Positions 18,421 to 28,769 of a DNA stretch of 64,000 nt are shown piece by piece; position 1 is the stretch's first letter; each line of letters begins with the position of its first letter. The position numbers were made by a program, and so were the translations under genes. The DNA comes from a virus, in the IMG/VR virus record IMGVR_UViG_3300020196_000003, one strand, 5' to 3'. The notes below the pieces were generated by a model. The model was not told the DNA's origin, did not search any database, and saw only the letters and a program-made list of their open reading frames with translations.

Positions 18421-21318
18421 TTGGATAATATATCGTCTTTAGTTGAACACAAAGCTCTTGAACTACTTAACTCTTATAGTGGTGCAAATAACTATATACT
18501 TTTTTTAAAACAAAAAAAAGAAAACTCAAAAAAGTTTTATCCCACAAGGGCTCAGGCTGATTACATTGTCTCTTATTTTGAAACAACACCAAAGGTTGCA
18601 AGAAAATGGGTTGACTTAGACACTTATTTCTCTAAAAAGTTTGCTGAAGAAAAATATTTGCTAGAAATCCCAAATCAAATCTATGTTGAAAAAGTATTAG
18701 TTGAAAAAGAAAAGTCTTATCATATTTGGGGTAAGTTTTTTGAAAAGGATCAATTATCTGAATTTTGGGTTCCTAAATCTGCACTTATCAAAACACATAA
18801 CGTTCAGAGTGTTGAAATTGATTATTCTAAGTATTCTCATCGTCCTCCTCTAAATCACCAAAAAATTGCGATTGAAAAATTGGCAGGTTCAAAAAGATTT
18901 ATTTTGGCAGACGATATGGGACTTGGCAAAGCGGAATTCGTTGAAAACAGAGTATTTACCCCTAATGGTAGAAAAAAAATAGGGGATTTGATTGTTGGTG
19001 ATGAAGTAATTGGTAGTGATGGTAAAAAATGTTTAGTTAGAGGTGTTTATCCTCAAGGAATTAAAGATTTATATAGAGTCACGTTTAATGACGATTCTTC
19101 TGTTTTAGTTTCTAAAGAGCATTTATTTTCTGTTAAATCAAGAAGTTTTGGTGATAATACTAAAAATAAAAGAAATAAAGAATCTATTGTATTATCGGTT
19201 GAACAAATGTTAGACGAAAACTTAACTCTTGGGATTAATGGTTCACAGAATAATAAAAATAGGACATATAACTATAAAACATTTTTTAAAGAAAAAAATG
19301 GTAACAATAAATGGCAAATTCCTATTGTAAAACCAATAGAATTTAATCATAATAGTTTACCACTTAACCCATATTTATTAGGTCTTATTTTAGGTGATGG
19401 TGGTATAACACAAAAAGGTATTAGTTTTACAACAAAAGATGATGAAATTGTTGAGTATATTATAAATATTCTACCAAAAAATACACAAATTATCAAAAAT
19501 AATAATTCAAAGTATGGTTATAGAATAACAAAAATAAATGGACACAGAAATGAAGTTATACAAATTTTAAAAGAATTAAATTTAATGGGTTGTGGATCAG
19601 AAAATAAATTTATTCCAAACATATACAAATATTCATCAATTGAATCAAGATTAGAAATTATAAAAGGTTTGATGGATACTGATGGAACTTGTTCAGTTAG
19701 TAAAAAAGGGTGCTTTGAAGGGACTGAATTTTCAACAACATCTGAAAAATTATGTAATGATGTTATTGAAATTGTTAATAGTTTAGGTGGTATTGCAAGA
19801 AAAAAATCACGAAAACCTTGGTATAGACATAAAGGTATCAAAAAAGAAGGTAAAAAATCTTATAGGGTAAATATTAAATTACCAAAACATATGAATCCGT
19901 TCAAACTTAGAAGAAAATTTAATTTGTATAATAACCCAAAAAAATATAAAGTTGGTAGATATATCAAAGATATTAAATATGAAGGTGTTGGTGAAGCAGT
20001 TTGTATTTCTGTTAATTCACCAGATAAATTGTATGTTACTGAAAACGCTATTGTTACACATAATACAACATCAACAATAATCGCAGCACTTGAAACTCAG
20101 GCAAAAAAAATATTAATTGTTTGTCCGGCATCATTAAAAATAAATTGGCAAAGAGAAATTGAGAACTATTCAGATCGTTCCGTTTTTATTTGTGAAGGAA
20201 AAAAGTTTTCAACCGAACATGATTTTGTAATTATCAATTACGATATATTAAAAAACTTCCACGATCCAAAAAGTAAGGAATTAACTTTATTAGAACAATG
20301 TAATTTTGATTTGGTTATTTTGGATGAGGCACATATGATCTCGAACGCTCAAGCACAAAGAACAAAAATCATTAATAGTTTTGTTAAAAAAATTAATAGA
20401 GTATGGTTGTTAACTGGAACGCCGATGACTTCACGACCTATGAATTATTACAATCTTTTGAGTATCATCGAAAGCCCTGTTGCACAGAATTGGATGGCAT
20501 ACGCCATTCGATACTGCCAAGGGTATCAGTTTAAAGCGGGAAATAGAAAAGTATGGAATGTTACAGGAGCCTCTAACTTAGAAGAGTTAAGAGATCGAAC
20601 TTCTAAACAAATCCTTAGACGATTAAAAGAAGAAGTTTTAGACCTACCTGATAAAATTATTACACCTGTATACTTGAGATTACAATCAAAAGAATATGAA
20701 AATCTAATGGGCGAATACTATGATTGGTATGATAAAAATCCTGACGAATCATCATCACTTACCGTTCAGTTTTCAAAGTTAATGAAAGTTAGAAAAGTAA
20801 TTGCCAACGAAAAAACAAGACAAACTATTGAATTTGCCGAAAACATTTTAGAACAAGGGAAAAAAGTTATTATTTTTACAAACTTTACAGACTCACTCCA
20901 AACAATCTATCAACACTTTAGAAAACAAGCGGTTTATTTAGATGGTAGTTGTTCTAACTCAGTTCGTCAACAAGCTGTTGACCAATTTCAAACAGATGAA
21001 AAGATCAAAGTGTTTGTAGGAAATCTCAAAGCCGCAGGAGTTGGTTTGACATTAACGTCCGCTGAGGTTGTTATTATGAACGACCTTTCATTCGTACCGG
21101 CAGAACACTCACAAGCTGAAGACAGGGCTTACCGATACGGTCAGAAATCAAATGTATTAGTTTACTATCCTATTTTTGATAACACAATCGAAGCGGCGAT
21201 TTATGATATTTTAATTAAAAAGAAAGAAATCATAAGAACTGTAATGGGTGATCAAATACCTGAAAATGTAGGTGATGTTGCTGAAGAAATTCTTAACATG
21301 ATTCTTAAGTATAAATAA
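18421..21318 (+). CDS. SNF2-family (SMARCAL1/HARP-like) helicase containing an intein
   Basis: LADDMGLGK[intein]T, DEAH, LLTGTP, GVGLTLT, QAEDRAYRYGQ. TTG at 18421 is preferred over 18283, which would overlap the neck gene. Confidence 0.9.
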   Translation: MDNISSLVEHKALELLNSYSGANNYILFLKQKKENSKKFYPTRAQADYIVSYFETTPKVARKWVDLDTYFSKKFAEEKYLLEIPNQIYVEKVLVEKEKSYHIWGKFFEKDQLSEFWVPKSALIKTHNVQSVEIDYSKYSHRPPLNHQKIAIEKLAGSKRFILADDMGLGKAEFVENRVFTPNGRKKIGDLIVGDEVIGSDGKKCLVRGVYPQGIKDLYRVTFNDDSSVLVSKEHLFSVKSRSFGDNTKNKRNKESIVLSVEQMLDENLTLGINGSQNNKNRTYNYKTFFKEKNGNNKWQIPIVKPIEFNHNSLPLNPYLLGLILGDGGITQKGISFTTKDDEIVEYIINILPKNTQIIKNNNSKYGYRITKINGHRNEVIQILKELNLMGCGSENKFIPNIYKYSSIESRLEIIKGLMDTDGTCSVSKKGCFEGTEFSTTSEKLCNDVIEIVNSLGGIARKKSRKPWYRHKGIKKEGKKSYRVNIKLPKHMNPFKLRRKFNLYNNPKKYKVGRYIKDIKYEGVGEAVCISVNSPDKLYVTENAIVTHNTTSTIIAALETQAKKILIVCPASLKINWQREIENYSDRSVFICEGKKFSTEHDFVIINYDILKNFHDPKSKELTLLEQCNFDLVILDEAHMISNAQAQRTKIINSFVKKINRVWLLTGTPMTSRPMNYYNLLSIIESPVAQNWMAYAIRYCQGYQFKAGNRKVWNVTGASNLEELRDRTSKQILRRLKEEVLDLPDKIITPVYLRLQSKEYENLMGEYYDWYDKNPDESSSLTVQFSKLMKVRKVIANEKTRQTIEFAENILEQGKKVIIFTNFTDSLQTIYQHFRKQAVYLDGSCSNSVRQQAVDQFQTDEKIKVFVGNLKAAGVGLTLTSAEVVIMNDLSFVPAEHSQAEDRAYRYGQKSNVLVYYPIFDNTIEAAIYDILIKKKEIIRTVMGDQIPENVGDVAEEILNMILKYK
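18931..20064 (+). mobile_element. 378 aa intein with LAGLIDADG homing endonuclease, Ala1 / class 3-like
   Basis: Interrupts Walker A GLGK|T; starts AEFVENRVFTPNG and ends IVTHN|T; two LAGLIDADG motifs, YLLGLILGDGGI and IIKGLMDTDGT; block F Cys (AVCISV). Confidence 0.9.
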
Positions 21319-21364
21319 TTAATCAAATCTGTTTTAGTTTTTTTTTACTGAATATTTATCGTAA

Positions 21365-23506
21365 ATGAAAGTCTACATTAAATACGAAACTCCGGAATTA
21401 AAAAAAAACAAAGATTTTGTAGAAAAATTTATCAATTTTCTACAAAAAGAGTATCCTTTGAAAACAAATTTAAAATTAATGTTTTTAAATGATAGATATG
21501 GAAAAATGTCTACAGGAAGTAGAAGGGGGGACAATTTGATTAAAGTGCTAGCCAAAGGTAGACTAAACAGAGATATCATGAGAACTTTAGCACATGAATG
21601 GGTTCATGAATACCAAATGACAATTTTGAAAAGAAAACAAGGCCCAAATATTGGTGGAGTTAATGAAGATGAGGCAAACGCATTTGCTGGTCAAATTGTT
21701 AAAAAATTTGAAGAATCTTATCCTGAACTAGAATCAATAATGTATGAATCGAAATCAATTACAGGAAAATTAAATCTACTTACGGAACAAATGTTATTAA
21801 CTGAAAAAAATTTAATTAAGGATAAATTTATTTTGGAAATGAAAAAAATTGGGATTGATAAACTACCATATTCTTATTCATCTCTAAAAAAATTTATTGA
21901 TACAAAAACTATGGATATTCACTACAACAAACATTACAAAGGTTATGTTAATAAGTTGAATAAGTCTTTGAAAAACAAAGACGGTGACATGGAATTAGAA
22001 GAAATTATTAAATCTATAAGTAGATTCGACACTAAGGTTAGGAACAATGCTGGCGGTGCGTTTAATCATGCTTTGTTTTGGAAAATGTTATCGCCGAAAA
22101 AACAAATACCAAGAGGAGAGATATATAAACAAATAAAAAAAGATTTCGGAAATATTAAAAAAATGAAAGACGAATTCAATCAAGCAGCAAAAGATCGTTT
22201 TGGTTCTGGATGGGCTTGGTTATATCTTTCTAAAGATGGTAAATTAAAAATAATGTCTACCCCTAATCAAGATAACCCACTTATGAATGTTGTAAAAAAA
22301 GGAGGGTTTCCACTTTTAGGCTTGGATGTTTGGGAACACGCATATTATTTAAAATACCAAAACAAAAGAGATGAATATATTAATAATTTTTGGAATGTTG
22401 TAAATTGGGATTTTATTGAGGAGTTATATTTATCAAAAACAAAAAAAACAATCAAAGAAGATATTTTTAATAAAGGAGTCATTAACGAGATTAGTAAAAC
22501 TTTTGCATTCCCATATACCACAAAAGGCTTAAGAGAACTTATACATTCTCAATATGTTGGTTGTTACAATAAACAATATAAAAATGGTTGTCTAGGTAAA
22601 ATAGAAACAAAAAAATGTACAACTGAATTAGGGGTTTTAGGTGGTGATTATTCTGAAAAAAAATTCGGAGGTACTAGTCAGTGGTCGATAATTAATAGAT
22701 TCGATACTAATAGTCGTGTTAAAAAAGAAATCTATAATATATGGTTAGAAGAAACTCAAGGAGTAATCGACTTCAAAACATGGATCAAGGATCACGCATA
22801 TGATTTATTTGCGAACGATGGAATGTATTTAGATAGATTGGCAGAACCAAATATAGGAACTATTGAGATTGGTAAAGATAATGAAAGTTATGCAAAACAA
22901 ATAATTAGACAAATATACAATCTTAGTCCTGATCAAGAGGGTGTATCTTATGAATTATATGAACATTGTTCTGGCGATGTTAATGATAGAAAGAAAGGAC
23001 AAGATATTGTTTTAATTATAAAAGGGGGAGATACCATATATTTCCAAGTCAAACCTTTTTTAAATAAAAACAATGAAATTGAATATTTCGATGGTGGAGA
23101 TAGAGGGTATTATTTTAAAGTTTCATCATGGCATAGACAAACAAAATATAAAGGGGAAAATGTCGATGTAATTTTATATGTAGACAGAACCGAAAATAAA
23201 TATGTAATGTTTAGAAATGACCACAATAGAATGTTAACGATAAGTAACCCGAAAACACAACCGCCTTACTTTATTTATTATTATGAAATGCCGCTACAAA
23301 GTAATTTTGAAATTCCTATACAAAAAGAAATTTCTAAAATACCTGTCAAAAATTCAATATCTAGAGACGTTAAAAAAGAAATTGACTTTTATAAAGAAAG
23401 AATTAAATATTTTACCAACAAAATAAAAGAACTTGGGGGTGAAAATCAAGAAATAAGAAAACTAGTAGAATTATATAAAAAAAATTTAAACAAGATAATA
23501 ATATAG
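21365..23506 (+). CDS. sodA: Three-domain protein: HExxH metallopeptidase-like domain, Mn-type superoxide dismutase, PD-(D/E)XK-like C-terminal domain
   Basis: LAHEWVHEYQ; SOD ligands HYNKHYKGY, GGAFNHALFW, NQDNP, DVWEHAYY; C-terminal GQDIV..FQVKP. The symbol refers to the SOD domain only. Confidence 0.8.
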   Translation: MKVYIKYETPELKKNKDFVEKFINFLQKEYPLKTNLKLMFLNDRYGKMSTGSRRGDNLIKVLAKGRLNRDIMRTLAHEWVHEYQMTILKRKQGPNIGGVNEDEANAFAGQIVKKFEESYPELESIMYESKSITGKLNLLTEQMLLTEKNLIKDKFILEMKKIGIDKLPYSYSSLKKFIDTKTMDIHYNKHYKGYVNKLNKSLKNKDGDMELEEIIKSISRFDTKVRNNAGGAFNHALFWKMLSPKKQIPRGEIYKQIKKDFGNIKKMKDEFNQAAKDRFGSGWAWLYLSKDGKLKIMSTPNQDNPLMNVVKKGGFPLLGLDVWEHAYYLKYQNKRDEYINNFWNVVNWDFIEELYLSKTKKTIKEDIFNKGVINEISKTFAFPYTTKGLRELIHSQYVGCYNKQYKNGCLGKIETKKCTTELGVLGGDYSEKKFGGTSQWSIINRFDTNSRVKKEIYNIWLEETQGVIDFKTWIKDHAYDLFANDGMYLDRLAEPNIGTIEIGKDNESYAKQIIRQIYNLSPDQEGVSYELYEHCSGDVNDRKKGQDIVLIIKGGDTIYFQVKPFLNKNNEIEYFDGGDRGYYFKVSSWHRQTKYKGENVDVILYVDRTENKYVMFRNDHNRMLTISNPKTQPPYFIYYYEMPLQSNFEIPIQKEISKIPVKNSISRDVKKEIDFYKERIKYFTNKIKELGGENQEIRKLVELYKKNLNKIII

Positions 23507-23535
23507 TTCAAAGATATTTATATAAAAAATATTTT

Positions 23536-24663
23536 ATGGCAATAATCAATGAACCCGAAAGAAGTGAGTTTTATCAAAAGGTAAGACATCTTTTAGGTGC
23601 CCCATTAAGATCCGTGGAATTGGAGGACGAAATGATGGATACTTTATTAGAATATTCAATAGACGACTATTCTCAATACGTACAAGATTGGTTAATTGAA
23701 TCTCAATGGACATCATTGTATAATTTGAATCTTGACACTCAATCTTTATCAAGAGCTTTCATTACTAAAAGTTTAGATTTTGAAACAAGATACACTTTTG
23801 CCTATTCAAAAATTGTTGGGTTACAAGCTGGAGGTGATTGGGAAATTAAAAAAGATTACGTTCAGTTAGTTCCAAATCAACAAATATATGAAATACCGGC
23901 CGGCAGAGAAATTAATGAGGTTCTTTGGTTTACACCATCTACATTGAACAATCTAATGTTTGGTTTAGGAGGATTTGCAGGAATTGGTACTGGAACAGGT
24001 TTAGGAGGAGGGGGTGGTCTTGCCCAAATCGGTAACATGGCAGGAAGTTATTATTTAACACCCGCATTTGATACTTTGTTAAGGATGCAAGAAGTTAATA
24101 TCCAAAGAAGAATTTATGCGGGTGATTTAACTTATTATATAACGGCTTTACCAGATGGTAAAAAAGCTTTACATCTTTTGAACACACCAGGTGGTAAATT
24201 TGACTTTGGAAACGCTGAATTGGCGAAAGGGCAAGTATGGTATTGGTATTATGACACATCACAAGGGGATAGAGACAAATGTTTGGCAGACAATCCCGAT
24301 ATTGTTTTGTTGCCATCAGATGTTCCTTTTAATAAAATATCTTGGTACAAGTTAAATAATCCCGCACAAGTTTGGGTTAGAAAATGGTTTGTGGCATATT
24401 GTAAAGAAACATTAGCAAGAGTTCGTGGAAAGTTTAGTGGTAGTTTAAAAACCCCTGACGGAGATCTTACTATGGATTACACCACTTTAGCGACTGAAGG
24501 TAAAGATGAAAAGTTAAAACTAATCGAAGAACTGACAGGCGCAGATGGAAGACTTACAAGACTTCGTCCTGAAAAAGTTATGGAAAAAGAGGCATTATTA
24601 GCGGAAAATCTAAACAAAACTCTTAAATTTAGAGCTATGCCTCGTCAGATATATGTAATATAA
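23536..24663 (+). CDS. Neck / head-tail adaptor protein (T4 gp13-like)
   Basis: LGAPLRSVEL.DE..; WVRKWFVAYCKETLARVRGKFSG..PDGDLTMDY. Confidence 0.8.
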   Translation: MAIINEPERSEFYQKVRHLLGAPLRSVELEDEMMDTLLEYSIDDYSQYVQDWLIESQWTSLYNLNLDTQSLSRAFITKSLDFETRYTFAYSKIVGLQAGGDWEIKKDYVQLVPNQQIYEIPAGREINEVLWFTPSTLNNLMFGLGGFAGIGTGTGLGGGGGLAQIGNMAGSYYLTPAFDTLLRMQEVNIQRRIYAGDLTYYITALPDGKKALHLLNTPGGKFDFGNAELAKGQVWYWYYDTSQGDRDKCLADNPDIVLLPSDVPFNKISWYKLNNPAQVWVRKWFVAYCKETLARVRGKFSGSLKTPDGDLTMDYTTLATEGKDEKLKLIEELTGADGRLTRLRPEKVMEKEALLAENLNKTLKFRAMPRQIYVI

Positions 24664-24667
24664 TTTT

Positions 24668-25015
24668 ATGGCAATCGTAAGAAAAAAACCAATCAGAAAA
24701 ACAGTTTTTAGAGGTGATAGATCATTGAATTTGGACACGTTTGACACAATAATTACGAGTGAAAATTTTTACAAAACTAATGGTGAAAACTTAATAATAG
24801 TTAAAGATGTAAATATTTGTAAAATTAAATTAGACTCTACTACAACAGATACTATAAAAATAAAAACCTTGACTAACTGTACCATAATTCCTGACATAAA
24901 TAGAATAGATGAGGAATGGGATGAAATATCAGTCGGTAAAGGAGCTTGTGTTGAGTTACAAAATGTTAACGGTGTTTGGTACATCCTATCTTCTGACGGA
25001 GTAAAACTTGAGTAG
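24668..25015 (+). CDS. Small beta-rich putative virion protein
   Basis: 115 aa, directly after the neck gene; ID....ISV..GACVEL..NGVWYIL resembles small phage fibre/baseplate beta domains. Confidence 0.4.
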   Translation: MAIVRKKPIRKTVFRGDRSLNLDTFDTIITSENFYKTNGENLIIVKDVNICKIKLDSTTTDTIKIKTLTNCTIIPDINRIDEEWDEISVGKGACVELQNVNGVWYILSSDGVKLE

Positions 25016-27805
25016 GTCATTTTCAGGAACATAACTCAACATTGTTTTATCGGCATTTTTGTACATGTGATATGGAGTTTCATTAACTCTATTCCAAAAT
25101 GACATTTCTTCATCTGATATTTCCATTACATCTTCCAACTTGTCTTGATCACCCTCATCGAAAGGTTGCCCATTTATTAGTTCACATTGGTCTTTAGTGA
25201 AGAAAGGTCTATCTTCAGGATTCTTTACTAATAATCCGTTTCTTACTTCTTGTTTAAATACAACAAGTAATGGTTCAACTCTTTTATTAAATGTTAAAAT
25301 TGCTCTTTGGATATTGTATTGACCTTTCATTGCTGGGTTGTTTTCTAAATCCGAAGGGTCAATACGATAACAATTTAACTGAATTATAGAATCTAAGTTA
25401 TCAGGAATACTTCCACCGTAAGTATCGATATGTTCTTGTGACCAACCTTTTTTTGGTCTGTTAACTTTCTGAACATCTCCGTGCGATGCTTTTGTTGCGT
25501 TGTTTACATAAAAGATTACATCACCAAGATTAATATTAAGACCTTCTTTTATTGCAAGTTCCATATGTGCTTGACGAGACATTAAACTTCCTGCCTTTGT
25601 AGTTTGTTTACTACGAATGATATACTCGTCAATACTTTGTTTTACTTTAGCTTTGTTTGCAATATCCATAAGAGGTATTTGTAAATCAAATATTTGTTGT
25701 ACATATTCATAGTACCATTCCACAAACTCTTGTCCTTTACCATCAAGAAGTAATTTGATTCCTTTATCCAAGAATTTCTCAATATAGATTGGCATTTTTT
25801 TAGATTTGATTGAGTTACCTGTAAGTTTGATTTTACCTTTTGCGGTCATAAGAGCGTAGTTCTTACGAGCTAAGTTTATACATGCAGGCCATTGACCATC
25901 AGTATCAAGAGCCATCTCACCTCTCATTGCAAGATCGTTAAACTCCATTACATCAGCTTCCTCACCGAAATATTCTCCACCTTCTTTGACTTTCCAGTTC
26001 AGACCTTTACCAACATATTTTCTTTCTTCAACACCTTCAGGAACCGAAAAGTTAATACCGTCCGTGTCCATTACAAGAGGTGTATAACCACGATCCATAA
26101 AGAAATGAATCATCATACGAAGATACTGACGACCTGTGCAAGTAATCATCTCACCTTTGTCCATATCACCCCAATGAAAAACTTGTGGAGCCGACAAGGC
26201 ACCAAACATAGAGTTAATAAAAATCTTGATCGGTAATTGTTTTCGGTCATACGAAGTTGATTTCTTTTTATCGATCGTTGCATATTCCTCGGCCATTTGT
26301 TTGTATTTAATACGAGTATTACGGAAGTATGATAATAAACCTTTCATTGCGCCTGTTACATCACACTCGGGGAATACATCGTGTACCAACTGAATAGAAG
26401 GGTATAGAGATGAGTAGTCGAGTTTTAATACATTCTTCGAATAACCTGTTCGGATCAAACGAGAAAGTCCGCCTACGAAGTTCCCTTTGTCGTTTTTTGC
26501 AGGAATCGCAAGTGCATGTTTATAAGACCAAGCTAACATCAACATTTTCCATAATGTTGCAGTTCCCATAGTTGAAACCCTTTCATATGTTGTTGGAAGA
26601 AGTGATGCCAACAAAAAAGATCCTTGATTGAATTCTTCGTCAACCAATAGAGTTTCTTCTAAGTCATCGTCAAGATAACGCTCAATAATGTCGGCACCTG
26701 TTGTTTTAATATAAACATTCGGGTGTCTACCGCAAACTTCATCAATCTTTGAATCTATACCAACTTTTTTGTATTTACCATTTTCAATATTTAACCAATA
26801 CTCCTCCTTCTTCCGATACATAGATCCAATTTTATTATGTTCAACATAAATACGATCAGGGGATTCAGCCTCAATATATTTGGTAATATACTTCAAACCT
26901 GCTTCTTTGATGTTTGAATTAATTGCTTGAGCTCTTCTAACTGAATGCAGAATATCAATAATGTTATAACCCCACATTTGAGTTTGAGTAAACTTCTCTA
27001 CTTCGTTTGCAAGTTTCAACATTGACTCTTTTTGTGAAATAGATTTCTCAGGGTTAAACGATTTGGCAACTCGTTTAATATCAAGATTTAAAATTTTACA
27101 TCTTTCATAAATCCAATACCAGTCAAAGTTAAATGAGTTGTATCCTGAAAGAATGGAAGGTTTTTGTTCCTCAATAATATTAAAGAACTCCGTAATACCT
27201 CTACGTTCTTCGTCTTCATTAGCACATTCAATAACTTTTTTAAATCCTTTATTTGTTTTAATTCCGATCATGAAGATACGACCATCCTTGGGCTCAAGTG
27301 AGGTAGTTTCAAGGTCAAATACCATTCTCGTAATGTCGTTGTATTCTTCGAAACCTTTAAATAATCTTTTTTCTTTTGATATGAGGTATTGTTCAACGGG
27401 AGGTAATACCATTATGAGGTCTCTTACATTTTCACCCCAAGGGTCTACTCCACCTTCTCTAAAGAACTGAATGAGGTTTCTATAACCTTTCATAGATTTT
27501 ACAAGAAATGTTAAACCACGTTCTAAACGATCATTACCGTCAGTTCGTAGTTTTTCAATTATTATACCATGTTTGGTCATGGCTTCTTTTTGTAATGTCT
27601 TAGATTTCGAATAGAAGTTGAGATTTCGTAGATCACCCACCCAAGCAAAAGATACTAAAGTATCTAGTTGGATCTGTTTTCCTTTATTAGGAACTTCTTT
27701 TATTTTGAAAATCTTGTCTGTTAGATAATCGTATTCTACTGATACGATGAATTCTTCAGGATCATTACCCTGAAGAAATTGTTCTATTTCTTCTTGTGAT
27801 ATCAT
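24986..27805 (-). CDS. polB: Family B DNA polymerase
   Basis: Exonuclease motifs DLETT and GYNSFNFDW; polymerase motifs DYSSLYPS, KIFINSMFG, MDTDG. Confidence 0.95.
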   Translation of the reverse strand: MISQEEIEQFLQGNDPEEFIVSVEYDYLTDKIFKIKEVPNKGKQIQLDTLVSFAWVGDLRNLNFYSKSKTLQKEAMTKHGIIIEKLRTDGNDRLERGLTFLVKSMKGYRNLIQFFREGGVDPWGENVRDLIMVLPPVEQYLISKEKRLFKGFEEYNDITRMVFDLETTSLEPKDGRIFMIGIKTNKGFKKVIECANEDEERRGITEFFNIIEEQKPSILSGYNSFNFDWYWIYERCKILNLDIKRVAKSFNPEKSISQKESMLKLANEVEKFTQTQMWGYNIIDILHSVRRAQAINSNIKEAGLKYITKYIEAESPDRIYVEHNKIGSMYRKKEEYWLNIENGKYKKVGIDSKIDEVCGRHPNVYIKTTGADIIERYLDDDLEETLLVDEEFNQGSFLLASLLPTTYERVSTMGTATLWKMLMLAWSYKHALAIPAKNDKGNFVGGLSRLIRTGYSKNVLKLDYSSLYPSIQLVHDVFPECDVTGAMKGLLSYFRNTRIKYKQMAEEYATIDKKKSTSYDRKQLPIKIFINSMFGALSAPQVFHWGDMDKGEMITCTGRQYLRMMIHFFMDRGYTPLVMDTDGINFSVPEGVEERKYVGKGLNWKVKEGGEYFGEEADVMEFNDLAMRGEMALDTDGQWPACINLARKNYALMTAKGKIKLTGNSIKSKKMPIYIEKFLDKGIKLLLDGKGQEFVEWYYEYVQQIFDLQIPLMDIANKAKVKQSIDEYIIRSKQTTKAGSLMSRQAHMELAIKEGLNINLGDVIFYVNNATKASHGDVQKVNRPKKGWSQEHIDTYGGSIPDNLDSIIQLNCYRIDPSDLENNPAMKGQYNIQRAILTFNKRVEPLLVVFKQEVRNGLLVKNPEDRPFFTKDQCELINGQPFDEGDQDKLEDVMEISDEEMSFWNRVNETPYHMYKNADKTMLSYVPENDLLKFYSVRR

Positions 27806-27830
27806 ACTTATTTACTTTTGGTGTATTAGC

Positions 27831-27856
27831 TGTCGAATAAGGTCGACATTTACCTT
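27831..27856 (-). promoter_or_regulatory. Structured 5' leader (hairpin or pseudoknot) upstream of polB
   Basis: Minus strand AAGGT-AAA-TGTCG-ACCTT-ATT-CGACA: two overlapping complementary pairs 26-51 nt upstream of the ATG. Confidence 0.4.
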
Positions 27857-27889
27857 CGTAAATAAATATAGGAGTAATAATTACTCTTA

Positions 27890-28732
27890 TCAACAGATAT
27901 AAGTAGAATCTTGCATTACACCATTAAGAATTAAAAATACGTTATAACTTCCACCCTGCCACATAACAAAATAACCCGTATCTTCCGTAGAAAAACAAGT
28001 TTTGTCATTTGAATACAGAAGGTCTCCAACGATCAATTGCTGACTATTAGTATATCTGTCATAGTATCCATTTACACTATCAGTCCCTGCTTCCAAACCA
28101 TTGAGGGCTAAACAGGCTAATATGGTGTTATTTCGGAAGTCACCAAAATTTGTTGTACTATAAACAAGTTGATTATAAAACTGATGTACACAAACAGGTT
28201 GATTCGGTGTCTGTGTGGGAGTTGGGGTTAAAGTTGGTGTCGGAGTAACAGTCATGGTTGGTGTAACACTTATTTCTGGTTCATTAGTTGGTGTGGGTGT
28301 TGGTGTTGGAAATGGGGTTGTACAACAACTATACTCTAAAGTATAACAAGGATTATAAAGGATATCAATCGAGTTAAAACTTTCAACAACATTTATATAT
28401 AGATTTTCTCTAACAGGTAGCACTAAAGTTCCCGTTTCATTAATAAAAACAAATTGACCCTCATACCTACCTATTTTCGAAGTGTCTTGAGGCGTAAATT
28501 TGTAATATATATAAAACTCGGCCGAAGCATTAGGATCCATTTCTAACTTTTCTACAAAACCAGCACTTTTAGTTAAAATTTTTGGAATTCCATTTTCGGT
28601 ACTCACCATTGAAAAAAAAACAGATGAGGTTTCAATAAATTTCATCATAGAATCAAAATCTTGCGTCCCGTTTTTGACAACTTGCATTTTGAGTAAAGGT
28701 AAACTTGTATTTTGTCCTATTGTGAATTCCAT
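27890..28732 (-). CDS. BppU-like N-terminal domain, Pro/Thr linker and variable C-terminal domain (paralog 2)
   Basis: Start reassigned to MEFTIGQNTSLPLLKMQVV (28732), preceded by the TATTTAT motif; paralogous to 28770-29813; PTPTPT tract. Confidence 0.65.
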   Translation of the reverse strand: MEFTIGQNTSLPLLKMQVVKNGTQDFDSMMKFIETSSVFFSMVSTENGIPKILTKSAGFVEKLEMDPNASAEFYIYYKFTPQDTSKIGRYEGQFVFINETGTLVLPVRENLYINVVESFNSIDILYNPCYTLEYSCCTTPFPTPTPTPTNEPEISVTPTMTVTPTPTLTPTPTQTPNQPVCVHQFYNQLVYSTTNFGDFRNNTILACLALNGLEAGTDSVNGYYDRYTNSQQLIVGDLLYSNDKTCFSTEDTGYFVMWQGGSYNVFLILNGVMQDSTYIC

Positions 28733-28769
28733 CCGAACTTTTTTAATAAATACCTTGTTTTTAATTTCA

